A DNA stretch of 64,000 nucleotides from NCBI GenBank assembly GCA_964505725.1, contig CAZDJK010000048.1:690-64689 (forward strand). Reading direction: 5' to 3'. Made by a program: the position numbers and the translations under genes. Below the pieces are notes generated by a model. It made no database searches, was not told where the DNA came from, and saw only the letters and a list, made by a program, of their open reading frames with translations. Every line of letters begins with the position of its first letter. The stretch's first letter is position 1. Shown here one piece after another: positions 10,477 to 20,207 of the stretch. The DNA comes from an uncultured Bifidobacteriaceae bacterium (lineage in GTDB: Bacteria > Actinomycetota > Acidimicrobiia > IMCC26256 > DASPTH01).

Positions 10477-10785
10477 ATGTGGCGTTCGACCCTTCCGCTC
10501 TTCCCGACCGACGACGGGTGGCCCTACCCCGACGCCACCCGTCTCGTTGACCTCGCCTCCGACGACGACGTCGACCTCGACCTGCTCGAGCTCCGGGCCG
10601 ATCCGCACGTGTACGCCGACCTCACGGAGTGGGAGTACTTCGCGGTCGCGCACCGCTACGGACTGCACGGGCCCGAGTGCTCGATGAAGGAGCTCGCGCT
10701 GGCACTCGACTGCTCGCACGCGGAGGCCCGCGACCTCCTCGGCGCCGCGCTCGACAAGCTGCGGCGGCGGCTCCTCTCGCCGTAG
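10477..10785 (+). CDS. Small protein with a sigma-70 region 4-like HTH only
   Basis: GGAGG RBS. LTEWEYFAVAHRYGL...SMKELALAL...AALDKLRR aligns by eye to sigma region 4. Confidence 0.7.
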   Translation: MWRSTLPLFPTDDGWPYPDATRLVDLASDDDVDLDLLELRADPHVYADLTEWEYFAVAHRYGLHGPECSMKELALALDCSHAEARDLLGAALDKLRRRLLSP

Positions 10786-10815
10786 CCGGCCGGCGCCTCC
10801 CGATGGCGGCCGGGA

Positions 10816-12174
10816 TCAGGCGCCGGGGAAGCGGTCGACACGGCGCAGCGCCGGGAACCACGTCCACCACAGACCCGCGACCGCGATGGTGGCGACCCCG
10901 CCGAGCGCGACCGCGCCGGCGGTGCCGAGCAGCTGCCCCGCCACGCCCGACTCGAACGCGCCGAGCTCGTTCGACGCGCCGATGAAGACGTTCTCGACCG
11001 CGAGGACGCGGCCACGCGTCTCGTTGGGGGTGACGAGCGGGACGAGCGTCGCGCGGATGAACACGCTGATCGCGTCGGCACCCGACGCCGCGAGCAGCGC
11101 GACGAACGCGACCGCAAAGCTCGTGGTGACCCCGAGCACGACGGTGAACACCCCGAACAGGGCCACGACCACGAGCAAGGTGATCCCGATGTGGCGCTGT
11201 ACCGGTCTCCAGGCGAGGTAGAGCGTCACCAGCGCGGCGCCGATCCCCACCGAGGCGCGGAGCCACCCGAGACCGACCGCGCCGACACCCAGGCGGTCCT
11301 CCGCGATGGCCGGGAGCAGCGCGACCGCGCCACCGAAGAGGACCGCGAAGAGATCGAGCGAGATGGCGCCGAGCAGCACCGGTTGGCGGCGGATGAACCG
11401 CAGGCCTTCCATCGCGTCGTGCAGCGTCGCGCGCGGCGGCGGCGCGACCATCACGCCGACCTCCGCCGGCTCGACCCCGGCCTCGAGCAGGGCGTCCTCG
11501 GTGATGTGGTCGACGTGGTCGACGCGGTCGACGGGCAGGTCGGCGGCCGACCGGCCCGTGACCGGGGCGTCCTCCGCCGGTCGCCCGGAAGAATCGAGCG
11601 TGTGAGCCATCATCACCGCGACCGCCGACACCACGAGTGCGCCGACGGCGAAGACGAAGGGCAGCGTGATGTGCACGACATAGAGGAAGCCGCCGATCAC
11701 CGGCCCCGCGATCGCCGCGAGCTGCCACGCCGCGGAGCGGCGCACCATGAGCCATGGCACCGCAGGTTCCGCGACGATGTCTGGCGGGAGCGCGCGCGTG
11801 GCCGGGGTCGCGAACGCGCGGGCAGTGCCGAACACGATCACGAGCAGGAAGATGGGCGTTGCCGACGTCGGATGGGAGCTCGCGTACCAGCCGAGCGCGG
11901 CGGCGGCGCACGCCTGGCCGAGCAGTCCGACCGCCGAAAGCATGCGGCGGTCGACGCGGTCGGCGAGCGTGCCGGACACGAGCACGAGCAGGGCTGCGGG
12001 CGCGAACTCGGCGAGGCCGAGGAGGCCGAGGTCGAGCTCGCTCCCGGTGAGGTCGAACACCTGCTTGCCGAGAACGGTGGTGAGCGCGGTGGCCGCCATC
12101 GACGCGCCGAGCACCGACACCAGGAACGCCACGACCGACGGTGTCCAGCGGCGCTCCCGACCGGCGCGGGCCAT
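10816..12174 (-). CDS. MFS transporter (MFS_3/H+ antiporter-like)
   Basis: About 12 TM; GTLADRVDRR and SLDLFAVLFGGAVALLP motifs. Confidence 0.9.
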   Translation of the reverse strand: MARAGRERRWTPSVVAFLVSVLGASMAATALTTVLGKQVFDLTGSELDLGLLGLAEFAPAALLVLVSGTLADRVDRRMLSAVGLLGQACAAAALGWYASSHPTSATPIFLLVIVFGTARAFATPATRALPPDIVAEPAVPWLMVRRSAAWQLAAIAGPVIGGFLYVVHITLPFVFAVGALVVSAVAVMMAHTLDSSGRPAEDAPVTGRSAADLPVDRVDHVDHITEDALLEAGVEPAEVGVMVAPPPRATLHDAMEGLRFIRRQPVLLGAISLDLFAVLFGGAVALLPAIAEDRLGVGAVGLGWLRASVGIGAALVTLYLAWRPVQRHIGITLLVVVALFGVFTVVLGVTTSFAVAFVALLAASGADAISVFIRATLVPLVTPNETRGRVLAVENVFIGASNELGAFESGVAGQLLGTAGAVALGGVATIAVAGLWWTWFPALRRVDRFPGA

Positions 12175-12262
12175 CGCCGGACCCTATCCACAGCCGCGCC
12201 GACCCGCGTCGCCTTTCACGCCGCACGCCGGACTGCGGGCGCCCGCCAACCGGAGCGCACGC

Positions 12263-12751
12263 TCAGCAGGCGCCCCACAAGCCGCGGTGACGCCGCCCCG
12301 CCGCGAGCTCCTCCTGCAACATGCCGCGCGCGTAGGCGTGGTTGGGCTCGATCACGAGTAGCCGGGCGTACCCGCGTTCGAGCAGGACGTCCTCGAAGCG
12401 CCGACCGCGCACGTACACGTATGCGAGCCGCCTCCCGTACACGTCGCGTCGTACGACGTCGTCCTCGAGCTCGACGAGGCGCCCCTCGAGATGGCGCTCG
12501 GTGAACGTCGAGGCCTCCGGTCCGTAGCACTGCACCGGCTTGCGGGGATGGTGCGTCTCGGGCGTGTCGACTCCGAGGAGCCGCACCGTGTCACGGTACG
12601 AGCCGCGCGCCACCTCGATCGTGTCACCGTCGAGGACGCGCACGACCCGGTACTGCTCGTGTGCCGTTCGCCGTTGCACCCCTGCCCACCACCCCGCGAC
12701 CGAGGCGGCGGCCAGGACGGTGACCACGACCACGGCCCGGGATCGGACCAT
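12263..12751 (-). CDS. Thermonuclease (SNase) family protein
   Basis: RVLDGDT, VRLLGVDTPE and DVYGRRLAYVY motifs; N-terminal anchor. Confidence 0.92.
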   Translation of the reverse strand: MVRSRAVVVVTVLAAASVAGWWAGVQRRTAHEQYRVVRVLDGDTIEVARGSYRDTVRLLGVDTPETHHPRKPVQCYGPEASTFTERHLEGRLVELEDDVVRRDVYGRRLAYVYVRGRRFEDVLLERGYARLLVIEPNHAYARGMLQEELAAGRRHRGLWGAC

Positions 12752-12843
12752 GGGCGCACGGTACCGGAGGGGTGTGACATCGACCGACGACGCCGCGAGG
12801 ATGGCCCGGTTCCGGCGGGCGGCGCCGATAGGGTTGCCTGTCC

Positions 12844-13386
12844 ATGCGTCGCGCCCGGTGGATCGCGCTCGGCCTCGTGGTCCTGGTGCTGGCGGGCGCG
12901 GTCGTGCTCGCCGTTCTCGAGCGACCCGAGCTCGACGACGATCGCAGCGCGGTGAGCTCGGCGTGGGCCCCGCTCCGGGCGCCGCTCCTCGCCCGCTACG
13001 ACAAGCTCGGCTCCGCGCTGGGCGCGTTCGCGTTCGCCGGCGGCGCGGACCGGGCCGTGGCGAAGGACCTGCGTACCGCGCTGTCGCATTGGGCCGCGGC
13101 GACGAAGCACCACGACGTCGCGGCCGAGGTCGCGGCCGCGGACGACCTGGAGGCCCAGGGAACGCGCCTCCGGGCGAACGTGCTGGGCTCCCAGCGGCTG
13201 AAGGAGCTGACTCCCCTCACCGACGCGGTCGCCGCGTTCGACGCCGCAGCGCCGCCACCCGCCCTGGTCGACGCCTACAACCACAAGGTCAAGGCGTACC
13301 AGGACGCGCGCACGAGCACTGCGGGCGCGCCCGTCGCGCGCGTGCTCGGCTTCGGCGAGCGCCCGGCGCTCGTGCTCGGGAGCTGA
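12844..13386 (+). CDS. LemA-like protein
   Basis: N-terminal TM, AW..L...L..RYD, YN..VKAY and P...VARVLGF motifs, consistent with the LemA fold. Confidence 0.55.
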   Translation: MRRARWIALGLVVLVLAGAVVLAVLERPELDDDRSAVSSAWAPLRAPLLARYDKLGSALGAFAFAGGADRAVAKDLRTALSHWAAATKHHDVAAEVAAADDLEAQGTRLRANVLGSQRLKELTPLTDAVAAFDAAAPPPALVDAYNHKVKAYQDARTSTAGAPVARVLGFGERPALVLGS

Positions 13387-13389
13387 CGC

Positions 13390-16300
13390 TCAGCGCGCCG
13401 CGCCGAGCGTCGCCTCGTTCACCCGCTCGATGCGGGCCACCTCGCCCAGCGGAGCGACGCGCCAGAACGTGCTGCCGACCTCGTCCCAACGTTCGAGCAG
13501 CTCGCGGGCCACGGTGGAGCCGGTGAGCTCGGCATGGGTCACGATCAGGTTACGCAGCTCGCGCTCGTGCTCCTCGCGCACGCGCGCGGCCTCGACGAGC
13601 TGACGGTTGAGGCGGATCGCGAGCGAGCCCTCGGGATCGCGCACGTACACGCTGCCGCCGGTCATGCCCGCGCCGAGGTTGTAACCGAACTCGCCCAGGA
13701 TCACGACCCGGCCGCCGGTCATGTACTCGCACGCGTGGTCGCCCGTGCCCTCCACGACCGCGTCGGCCCCGCTGTTGCGCACGCAGAAGCGCTCGCCCAC
13801 CCGGCCGGCGACGAACAGCTGGCCGCCCGTTGCTCCGTACAGCACCGTGTTGCCGGCGAGCACCGGGCTGCCGGCGTCGTCCGCCGGTGCCCGGACCACG
13901 ACCCGTCCGCCGCCCATGCCCTTCCCGAGGTAGTCGTTGGCCTCGCCCACGAGCTCGAGCTCCACGCCGTCAGCCAGGAACGCCCCGAAGCTCTGGCCCG
14001 CGGACCCGGTGAAGCGGGCGGTCACCCGACCCGGCGGGAGACGGCTGCCGAACTCGAGCCCGACCGCGCCGCCGAGCGACGCGCCGACCGTCCGGTCGGC
14101 GTTGCCGATCTCGTAGTCGAGCTCCATCTCGGACCCCTCCAGGAGCGCGCCGAAGGCGTCGTCGAGCAGGCGCGCGTCGAGCGCCGAACGCGGCCGCTGG
14201 ATCGGCGAGCCCGCGACGTAGTGACGCGTCGCGCCCGGGTCGGCCGGCGGCTCGAGCAGGGGTGACAGGTCGATGGCGTCGGCGCGCGGGTCACCGGTGC
14301 GGCGCTGGCGCAACAGCTCGACCCGTCCGATCGCCTCGTCGAGGGACCGCAGACCCAGTGAGGCGAGGATCTGGCGCACCTCCTCGCCGATGAACACCAT
14401 GTACGTCGCGACGCTCTCGGGCGTCCCCGCGAACTTGGCCCGGAGGTTGGGGCGTTGCGTCGCGATGCCGGTGGGACAGGTGTCGCGGTGGCACGCCCGC
14501 ACCATGATGCAGCCCTCGGCGAGCATCGCCGCGGTGCCGAACGAGTACTCGTCGGCACCCAGCAGCGCGGCCACCACCACGTCACGCCCGGTCTTGAACC
14601 CGCCGTCGGTGCGCACCCGGACGCGGTCGCGCAGCCGGTTGGCGACGAGCTCCTGGTGGGTCTCCGCGACGCCCAGCTCCCACGGCAGCCCCGCGTTCTT
14701 GATCGACGACAACGGCGACGCGCCGGTGCCGCCGTTCGAGCCCGAGATCTGCACCACGTCGGCGAGTGCCTTCACGACCCCCGCGGCGATGGTCCCGACG
14801 CCCGACTCGGCGACGAGCTTCACCGACACGTCGACCACCGGGTTCACCTGCTTCAGGTCGTAGATGAGCTGCGCAAGATCCTCGATGGAGTAGATGTCGT
14901 GGTGGGGCGGGGGTGAGATGAGCCCCACTCCGGGCTGGGTGTGGCGCAGCCGGGCGATCTCGCCGCTCACCTTGTGGCCGGGGAGCTGCCCGCCCTCGCC
15001 CGGCTTGGAGCCCTGGGCGATCTTGATGTTGAGCTCGTCGGCGAACACGCAGTACTCGGGCGTCACGCCGAAGCGGCCGGACGCGATCTGCTTGATCCGC
15101 GAGTTGCGGTCGCGCGCGGTCCCGCGCGTGCGGAAGCGCGCCGGGTCCTCGCCGCCCTCGCCGCAATTGCTCTTGCCGCCGACCATGTTCATGGCGATGG
15201 CGAGGGTCTCGTGCGCCTCCGCCGACAACGAACCGTGCGACATCGCACCGGTCGAGAAGCGGGCGGTGATGCGCTCGACCGGCTCCACCTCCTCGAGCGC
15301 GACCGGCGGCCCCGATGGCACCAGCTCCAGCAGGTCGTGCAGCTCGTTGACCGGGCGTGACCCGACGAGCTTGCTGAACTGCTCGTACAGCTCGGTCCGG
15401 CGGTCGGTGACCGCGCGTTGCAGCAGGTGCGCGGCGAGCTTGTCGGCCGGATCCGCGGGCGGCAGCGGCTCGCCGGCGTCCCGGGCGTCGAGGAAGATCA
15501 CGCGCCCGTGCTCGGCGACAGGCGCGAGCGGCACGTCGTCGAACTTCGTGCGTTCCGCGCGTTCGCGCGCACCCGCCTTTCGTGCCCGGCTGCGCGCCAG
15601 CACGTCGCCGTCGTCGGCCTCCTCGTCCTCCGCGTCCACGACGAGGCCGAGTGACGCGTGCAACGCGGCGATCACATCGGGGTTGTTGCCGTGGTACTCG
15701 CCGCCGCGCTTGCGGAAGCGGATGAAACCGGGCTCGTCGAGACGCGGCCGGTCGACGCCGAATGCCGCGCCGTGGCGCGCCAGTGCGTCCGCACCCAGCA
15801 CCGCGAAGCCGACTCCCCCGACGCGCGAATCGGTGCCGCGGAGGCACGCGTCGACGACCTCGGGTCCGAGCCCCACCGCCTCGAAGATCTGCGCACCCCG
15901 ATAGCCGTCGAGGGTGGAGATGCCCATCTTCGAGAGGATCTTGAGCACGCCGTCCTCGATCGCGGCCTGCAGCTTCGCCTGCGCCGCCGACGAGATCTCC
16001 TCGCCGAGCTCGTCGCGGTCGGCCATGGCCGCCACGCTCTGGAGCGCGAGCCGCGGGCAGACCGCCTCGGCGCCGTAGCCGAGCAGACAGGCCACCGCGT
16101 GCGTGTCGCGCGCGTCGCCGCTGTCGACGACGATCGACACGTCCTGGCGCCGGTGATCGGCCACCAGCCGGTGGTGCACCGCGCCGGTTGCGAGCAGCGA
16201 CGGGATCGCGACGCGGTCGTCGTCGATCCCGGCGTCCGAGACCACGAGGATGGCCGCGCCGTCGGCGACCGCAGCCGCGGCCGAGTCGGCGAGCCCCCGG

Positions 16301-18090
16301 AGCCCGCGGGCGAGGCCGTCGGGCCCGTCGGCCGCGGGGAAGGTCGCGTCGAGGCGGACGGCGCGGAACACGGCGTCGGCGTCGAGCATGTGGTCCACCG
16401 CACCGGGGTACAGGAAGAAGGTCGGGAGCTCGAGCAGGCGGGCGGCGTCCGCCGACTCGGTGAGCAGCGGCACCCGCGGCCCGAGGCAGGTCCGCAGCGA
16501 CATGACGAGCCGTTCGCGGAGGTGGTCGATCGGCGGGTTCGTGACCTGCGCGAAGCGCTGCTTGAGGAAGTTGAAGACCGGGCGCGCGCGCGTGGCGACG
16601 GCCGCGAACGGCGTGTCGTCACCCATCGAGAACGTCGGCTCCTTGCCGTCGGTCGCCATCGGCTTGAGCACGAGCGCCACCTCTTCGCGCGTCATGCCGA
16701 ACGCGACCTCGATGCGGCGGAGGTCGTCGGGCGGCGAGACGATCGCGGTGCCCGCGACCCTGGGCACCAGGCCGTCGGCCGCCCACCGCCCGTACGGGCG
16801 ACGGCGCGCGAGGGCGCGCTTCACCGTGGCGTCGTGCTGCACGACGACCGGCGCGCCGGGCTCGACGCACAGCATCTGCCCGGGTCCGAGCCGCCCGCGG
16901 CGCACGGTGCCCCGGCCCGACACCGGCACCGCACCCGCCTCCGACGCGCACACCACGAGCCCGTCGTCGGTGGTCTGCCAGCGCAAGGGGCGCAGCCCGT
17001 TGCGGTCGAGCGCGGCGCCCACCCGGGTGCCGTCGGTGAACACGAGACCCGCGGGACCGTCCCACGGATCGGTCAGGCACGCGTGGTAGCGGTAGAAGTC
17101 GCGCACGTCACCGGGACGGTCGCGCTGGCCCTCCCATGCCTCGGGCACGAGCATCGCGACGACGTGGCGGATGTCGCGACCGCCACGCACGAGGAGCTCC
17201 ACGGTGCCGTCGAGCTTCCCCGAATCGGAGTCGGCGGGGTCGTACAACGGGCGGAAGAGATCCTCGGACCCGAGCCCGACCTCCTCGGTGCCGAGCTTCG
17301 CACGCGCCCCCATGCGGTTGACATTGCCGTAGAGGGTGTTGATCTCGCCGTTGTGGCATAGGTGCCGGTACGGCTGCGCGCGCTCCCAGGCCGGCGACGT
17401 GTTGGTCGAGAAGCGGCTGTGGAACACCGCGTGCTGGGCCTCGAAGTCGCTCGCGGCGAGGTCGGGGTAGAACGCCGGCAGCCGGTCGCTGGTGACGAGG
17501 GCCTTGTAGGTGACGGTGGCGAACGACCAGCTCGCGAAGTAGTGGCGGACACCCTCGGCGCGGCACCGCGCCTCGGCCCGCCGGCGCGCCCGGTAGGCGC
17601 GGTCCTCGGCATCGGTGGGGTCGGTGCCGTCGGGTCGGATCAGCACCGCCTGGACGATCGCAGGCAGCTCGTGCCGCGCCGCCGCGCCGATCTGCGACTC
17701 GTCGACCGGGACGTCCCGCCAGCCCGCCAGCGGGAGCCCCTCTGCGGCGCACGCCTCCTCGACCGCGTCGCGTGCCGTGGACCGGGCCGCGTCGTCGAGA
17801 TCGAGGAACGCGGTCACCACGCCGATCCGCTCGGGCGCCACGTCGGGCGCAACCCCGAGGTGCTCGCGGGCGACCCGGGTGAAGAAACGGCGCGGCAGCG
17901 GCACCAGCAGCCCGGCGCCGTCGCCGGAGACGCCGTCGGCGGCGACCGCGCCCCGGTGCCGGACGCACGCCAGCCCGTGCAGCGCGAGGTCGACGATCTC
18001 GCGCGTGGGCTCGGCGCCGGTGCGGGCGACGAAGCCGATGCCGCAGGCGTCGCGCTCGGCGCGGCCCCGCGATCCAAGATGGTCGGGCAC
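13390..18090 (-). CDS. gltB: Glutamate synthase large subunit
   Basis: DACGIGF amidotransferase start, HSRFSTNT, HNGEINT, KIAQGSKPGEGGQLPG, CIMVRACHRDTC 3Fe-4S motif, GXGXG domain. Start placed at GTG 18090 after a GAGGA RBS. Confidence 0.97.
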   Translation of the reverse strand: MPDHLGSRGRAERDACGIGFVARTGAEPTREIVDLALHGLACVRHRGAVAADGVSGDGAGLLVPLPRRFFTRVAREHLGVAPDVAPERIGVVTAFLDLDDAARSTARDAVEEACAAEGLPLAGWRDVPVDESQIGAAARHELPAIVQAVLIRPDGTDPTDAEDRAYRARRRAEARCRAEGVRHYFASWSFATVTYKALVTSDRLPAFYPDLAASDFEAQHAVFHSRFSTNTSPAWERAQPYRHLCHNGEINTLYGNVNRMGARAKLGTEEVGLGSEDLFRPLYDPADSDSGKLDGTVELLVRGGRDIRHVVAMLVPEAWEGQRDRPGDVRDFYRYHACLTDPWDGPAGLVFTDGTRVGAALDRNGLRPLRWQTTDDGLVVCASEAGAVPVSGRGTVRRGRLGPGQMLCVEPGAPVVVQHDATVKRALARRRPYGRWAADGLVPRVAGTAIVSPPDDLRRIEVAFGMTREEVALVLKPMATDGKEPTFSMGDDTPFAAVATRARPVFNFLKQRFAQVTNPPIDHLRERLVMSLRTCLGPRVPLLTESADAARLLELPTFFLYPGAVDHMLDADAVFRAVRLDATFPAADGPDGLARGLRGLADSAAAAVADGAAILVVSDAGIDDDRVAIPSLLATGAVHHRLVADHRRQDVSIVVDSGDARDTHAVACLLGYGAEAVCPRLALQSVAAMADRDELGEEISSAAQAKLQAAIEDGVLKILSKMGISTLDGYRGAQIFEAVGLGPEVVDACLRGTDSRVGGVGFAVLGADALARHGAAFGVDRPRLDEPGFIRFRKRGGEYHGNNPDVIAALHASLGLVVDAEDEEADDGDVLARSRARKAGARERAERTKFDDVPLAPVAEHGRVIFLDARDAGEPLPPADPADKLAAHLLQRAVTDRRTELYEQFSKLVGSRPVNELHDLLELVPSGPPVALEEVEPVERITARFSTGAMSHGSLSAEAHETLAIAMNMVGGKSNCGEGGEDPARFRTRGTARDRNSRIKQIASGRFGVTPEYCVFADELNIKIAQGSKPGEGGQLPGHKVSGEIARLRHTQPGVGLISPPPHHDIYSIEDLAQLIYDLKQVNPVVDVSVKLVAESGVGTIAAGVVKALADVVQISGSNGGTGASPLSSIKNAGLPWELGVAETHQELVANRLRDRVRVRTDGGFKTGRDVVVAALLGADEYSFGTAAMLAEGCIMVRACHRDTCPTGIATQRPNLRAKFAGTPESVATYMVFIGEEVRQILASLGLRSLDEAIGRVELLRQRRTGDPRADAIDLSPLLEPPADPGATRHYVAGSPIQRPRSALDARLLDDAFGALLEGSEMELDYEIGNADRTVGASLGGAVGLEFGSRLPPGRVTARFTGSAGQSFGAFLADGVELELVGEANDYLGKGMGGGRVVVRAPADDAGSPVLAGNTVLYGATGGQLFVAGRVGERFCVRNSGADAVVEGTGDHACEYMTGGRVVILGEFGYNLGAGMTGGSVYVRDPEGSLAIRLNRQLVEAARVREEHERELRNLIVTHAELTGSTVARELLERWDEVGSTFWRVAPLGEVARIERVNEATLGAAR

Positions 18091-18294
18091 GAGATCTTCC
18101 TCGGCTCGGGCCGGAGCGGGCGGTGGCGCCGAGAAGGCAGGGTCGATCGATCGTCGCTGCCGTTCGGTTGACCAACCGACCGGTCCGGCGGGTCCGGTGG
18201 GTTGCGGCGACGACGCTGTCGCGGGAACGCTCATGATAGTGGCGCGCCGGAGCGCCCGAACGAACTCCCGGACCGGTGTCGTACCCTCTGCGCC

Positions 18295-19419
18295 GTGCCC
18301 GACCCGCCGCCTCGCGCGCCCACGGTCGCGGTGCTGGGCGGCGGCCAGCTCGGCCGCATGCTGGCGACCGCGGGCATCCCGATGGGCGTGCGCTTCCGCT
18401 TCCTCGACCCGTCGCCCGACGCACCGGCGGGCGCCGTGGGCGCGCTCGTCGTCGGCGCGCTCGGCGACGAGCGCGCGCTCGACGAGGTGAGCGAGGGCGC
18501 CGACGTGGTGACCTACGAATGGGAGGGCGTGCCCGCGGACGCCGTCCGTCACCTCGCGCGGCGCACCGCGGTGCGGCCGGGTGCGCGCCCGCTCGAGGTC
18601 GCGCAGGACCGGATCGCGGAGAAGACGACCTGCCGGGAGCTGGGCATCCCCACGCCGGCGTTCGCGGGGGTCGCGGTCGGCGCCGATCCCGCCGGCGCGG
18701 TCGCGGCCGTCGGCGGGTACCCCGCAGTGGTGAAGACCTGTCGCGGCGGCTACGACGGCAAAGGACAACGCGTCGTCCGCGAGCTGCGCGACCTCGACGG
18801 CATCCGCGACGCGCTTGGTGCGGTACCCCTGATCGTGGAGCGCTGGGTACCGTTCGAGCGCGAGGTGTCGATCCTCGCGGTGCGCGCGCTCTCCGGCGAG
18901 GTGGCCTGCTGGCCCCTCGTCGAGAACCGGCACGACGGGGGCATCCTCCGCGTCAGCCGCGCGCCGGCGCCCGGGACGTCACCCGGCGTGCAGGCGCGCG
19001 CGACCGCGATCGCCGAGCAGCTCGTCACCGAGCTCGACCACGTCGGCGTGCTCGCGGTCGAGATGTTCGAGACCGACGGGGACCTGCTCGTCAACGAGCT
19101 GGCCCCGCGCGTCCACAACTCCGGGCACTGGACCATCGAGGGTGCCGAGACCAGCCAGTTCGAGAACCACGTGCGCGCGGTCCTGGGGCTCCCGCTCGGG
19201 GCGACCGCGGCGCGCGGCGCGAGCGTCATGTACAACTTCGTCGGGGAGCTCCCCGCGCGCGACGCGGTGCTGTCGGTGCCCGGCGCGCACTTCCACGACT
19301 ATGAGAAGGCGCCGCGTCCCGGACGCAAGGTGGGGCACGTGACCCTCACCGCACCCGACCCCGAGGAGCTGGGACGACGCGAGGCCCGGCTGCAGAGGCT
19401 GCTGGGTCCGCGCGCGTAG
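18295..19419 (+). CDS. purK: N5-carboxyaminoimidazole ribonucleotide synthase
   Basis: VLGGGQLGRML, GGYDGKGQ, NELAPRVHNSGHWT and RPGRKVGHVT motifs; TACCCT lies 7 nt before the GTG. Confidence 0.95.
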   Translation: MPDPPPRAPTVAVLGGGQLGRMLATAGIPMGVRFRFLDPSPDAPAGAVGALVVGALGDERALDEVSEGADVVTYEWEGVPADAVRHLARRTAVRPGARPLEVAQDRIAEKTTCRELGIPTPAFAGVAVGADPAGAVAAVGGYPAVVKTCRGGYDGKGQRVVRELRDLDGIRDALGAVPLIVERWVPFEREVSILAVRALSGEVACWPLVENRHDGGILRVSRAPAPGTSPGVQARATAIAEQLVTELDHVGVLAVEMFETDGDLLVNELAPRVHNSGHWTIEGAETSQFENHVRAVLGLPLGATAARGASVMYNFVGELPARDAVLSVPGAHFHDYEKAPRPGRKVGHVTLTAPDPEELGRREARLQRLLGPRA

Positions 19420-19431
19420 CCTGCGGGCACC

Positions 19432-20094
19432 ATGACCATCCGGGTGATCGTCGCCGAGGACAACTACCTGGTGCGCGAGGCGGTGACCCGGCTGCTCGAG
19501 ACCGAGCCCGACATCGAGGTGGCGGGTGTGTGCGGGGACTACGACGGTCTCATCGCGTCGGTCGGCGAGCTCACTCCCGACGTGGTCCTCACCGACATCC
19601 GCATGCCGCCGACCGGCACCGACGAGGGCGTGCGCGCCGCGGCCGAGCTGCGGGAGTCGCACCCGACGCTCGGCGTCGTGGTGCTGAGCCAGTACGTCGA
19701 CCCCACCTACGCGCTCGAGCTCCTCGACGCCGGCTCGGAGCGGCGTGCCTACCTGCTGAAGGAGCGGGTGTCCGACGTCGACCAGCTCGCCCGCGCCGTG
19801 CGCGAGGTGGCGGCCGGCGGGTCGGTCATCGACCCCAAGGTGGTCGAGGTGCTGGTCGAGGCGCGCGCCCGGAAGGCCGACTCGCCGCTCGACCGCCTCA
19901 CGCCGCGCGAGCACGAGGTGCTGGCCGAGATGGCTCAGGGGCGCAACAACGCCGCGGTCGCGGCCGCGCTCGGCCTCTCCGAGCGCGCGGTGGAGAAGCA
20001 CATCAACTCGGTGTTCTCGAAGCTCGGGCTGTCCGAGGAGCCCGACGTCCACCGCCGGGTGAAGGCGGTGCTGCTCTACCTCTCCGACCAGTAG
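19432..20094 (+). CDS. NarL/LuxR-family response regulator
   Basis: Receiver (AEDN, TDIRMPP, YLLK) plus LuxR HTH (LTPREHEVL, VEKHINSVFSKL). Confidence 0.95.
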   Translation: MTIRVIVAEDNYLVREAVTRLLETEPDIEVAGVCGDYDGLIASVGELTPDVVLTDIRMPPTGTDEGVRAAAELRESHPTLGVVVLSQYVDPTYALELLDAGSERRAYLLKERVSDVDQLARAVREVAAGGSVIDPKVVEVLVEARARKADSPLDRLTPREHEVLAEMAQGRNNAAVAAALGLSERAVEKHINSVFSKLGLSEEPDVHRRVKAVLLYLSDQ

Positions 20095-20207
20095 GCCACT
20101 CCGACCGGCAGGGCCCGCGGCGCGCACGGGCGCCAGGGAGGCTGGCATCACCGTGAAGGGGTGCGGGCACCCTGGGTGACGCGCTTCGCACCGGCCAGAA
20201 TGGCGCC

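Noticed and set aside
18091-18933. N-terminal extension of gltB in the ORF track
   Set aside because: It overlaps purK antisense. A -10-like TATCAT near 18232 and a GAGGA RBS before GTG 18090 favour the later start.
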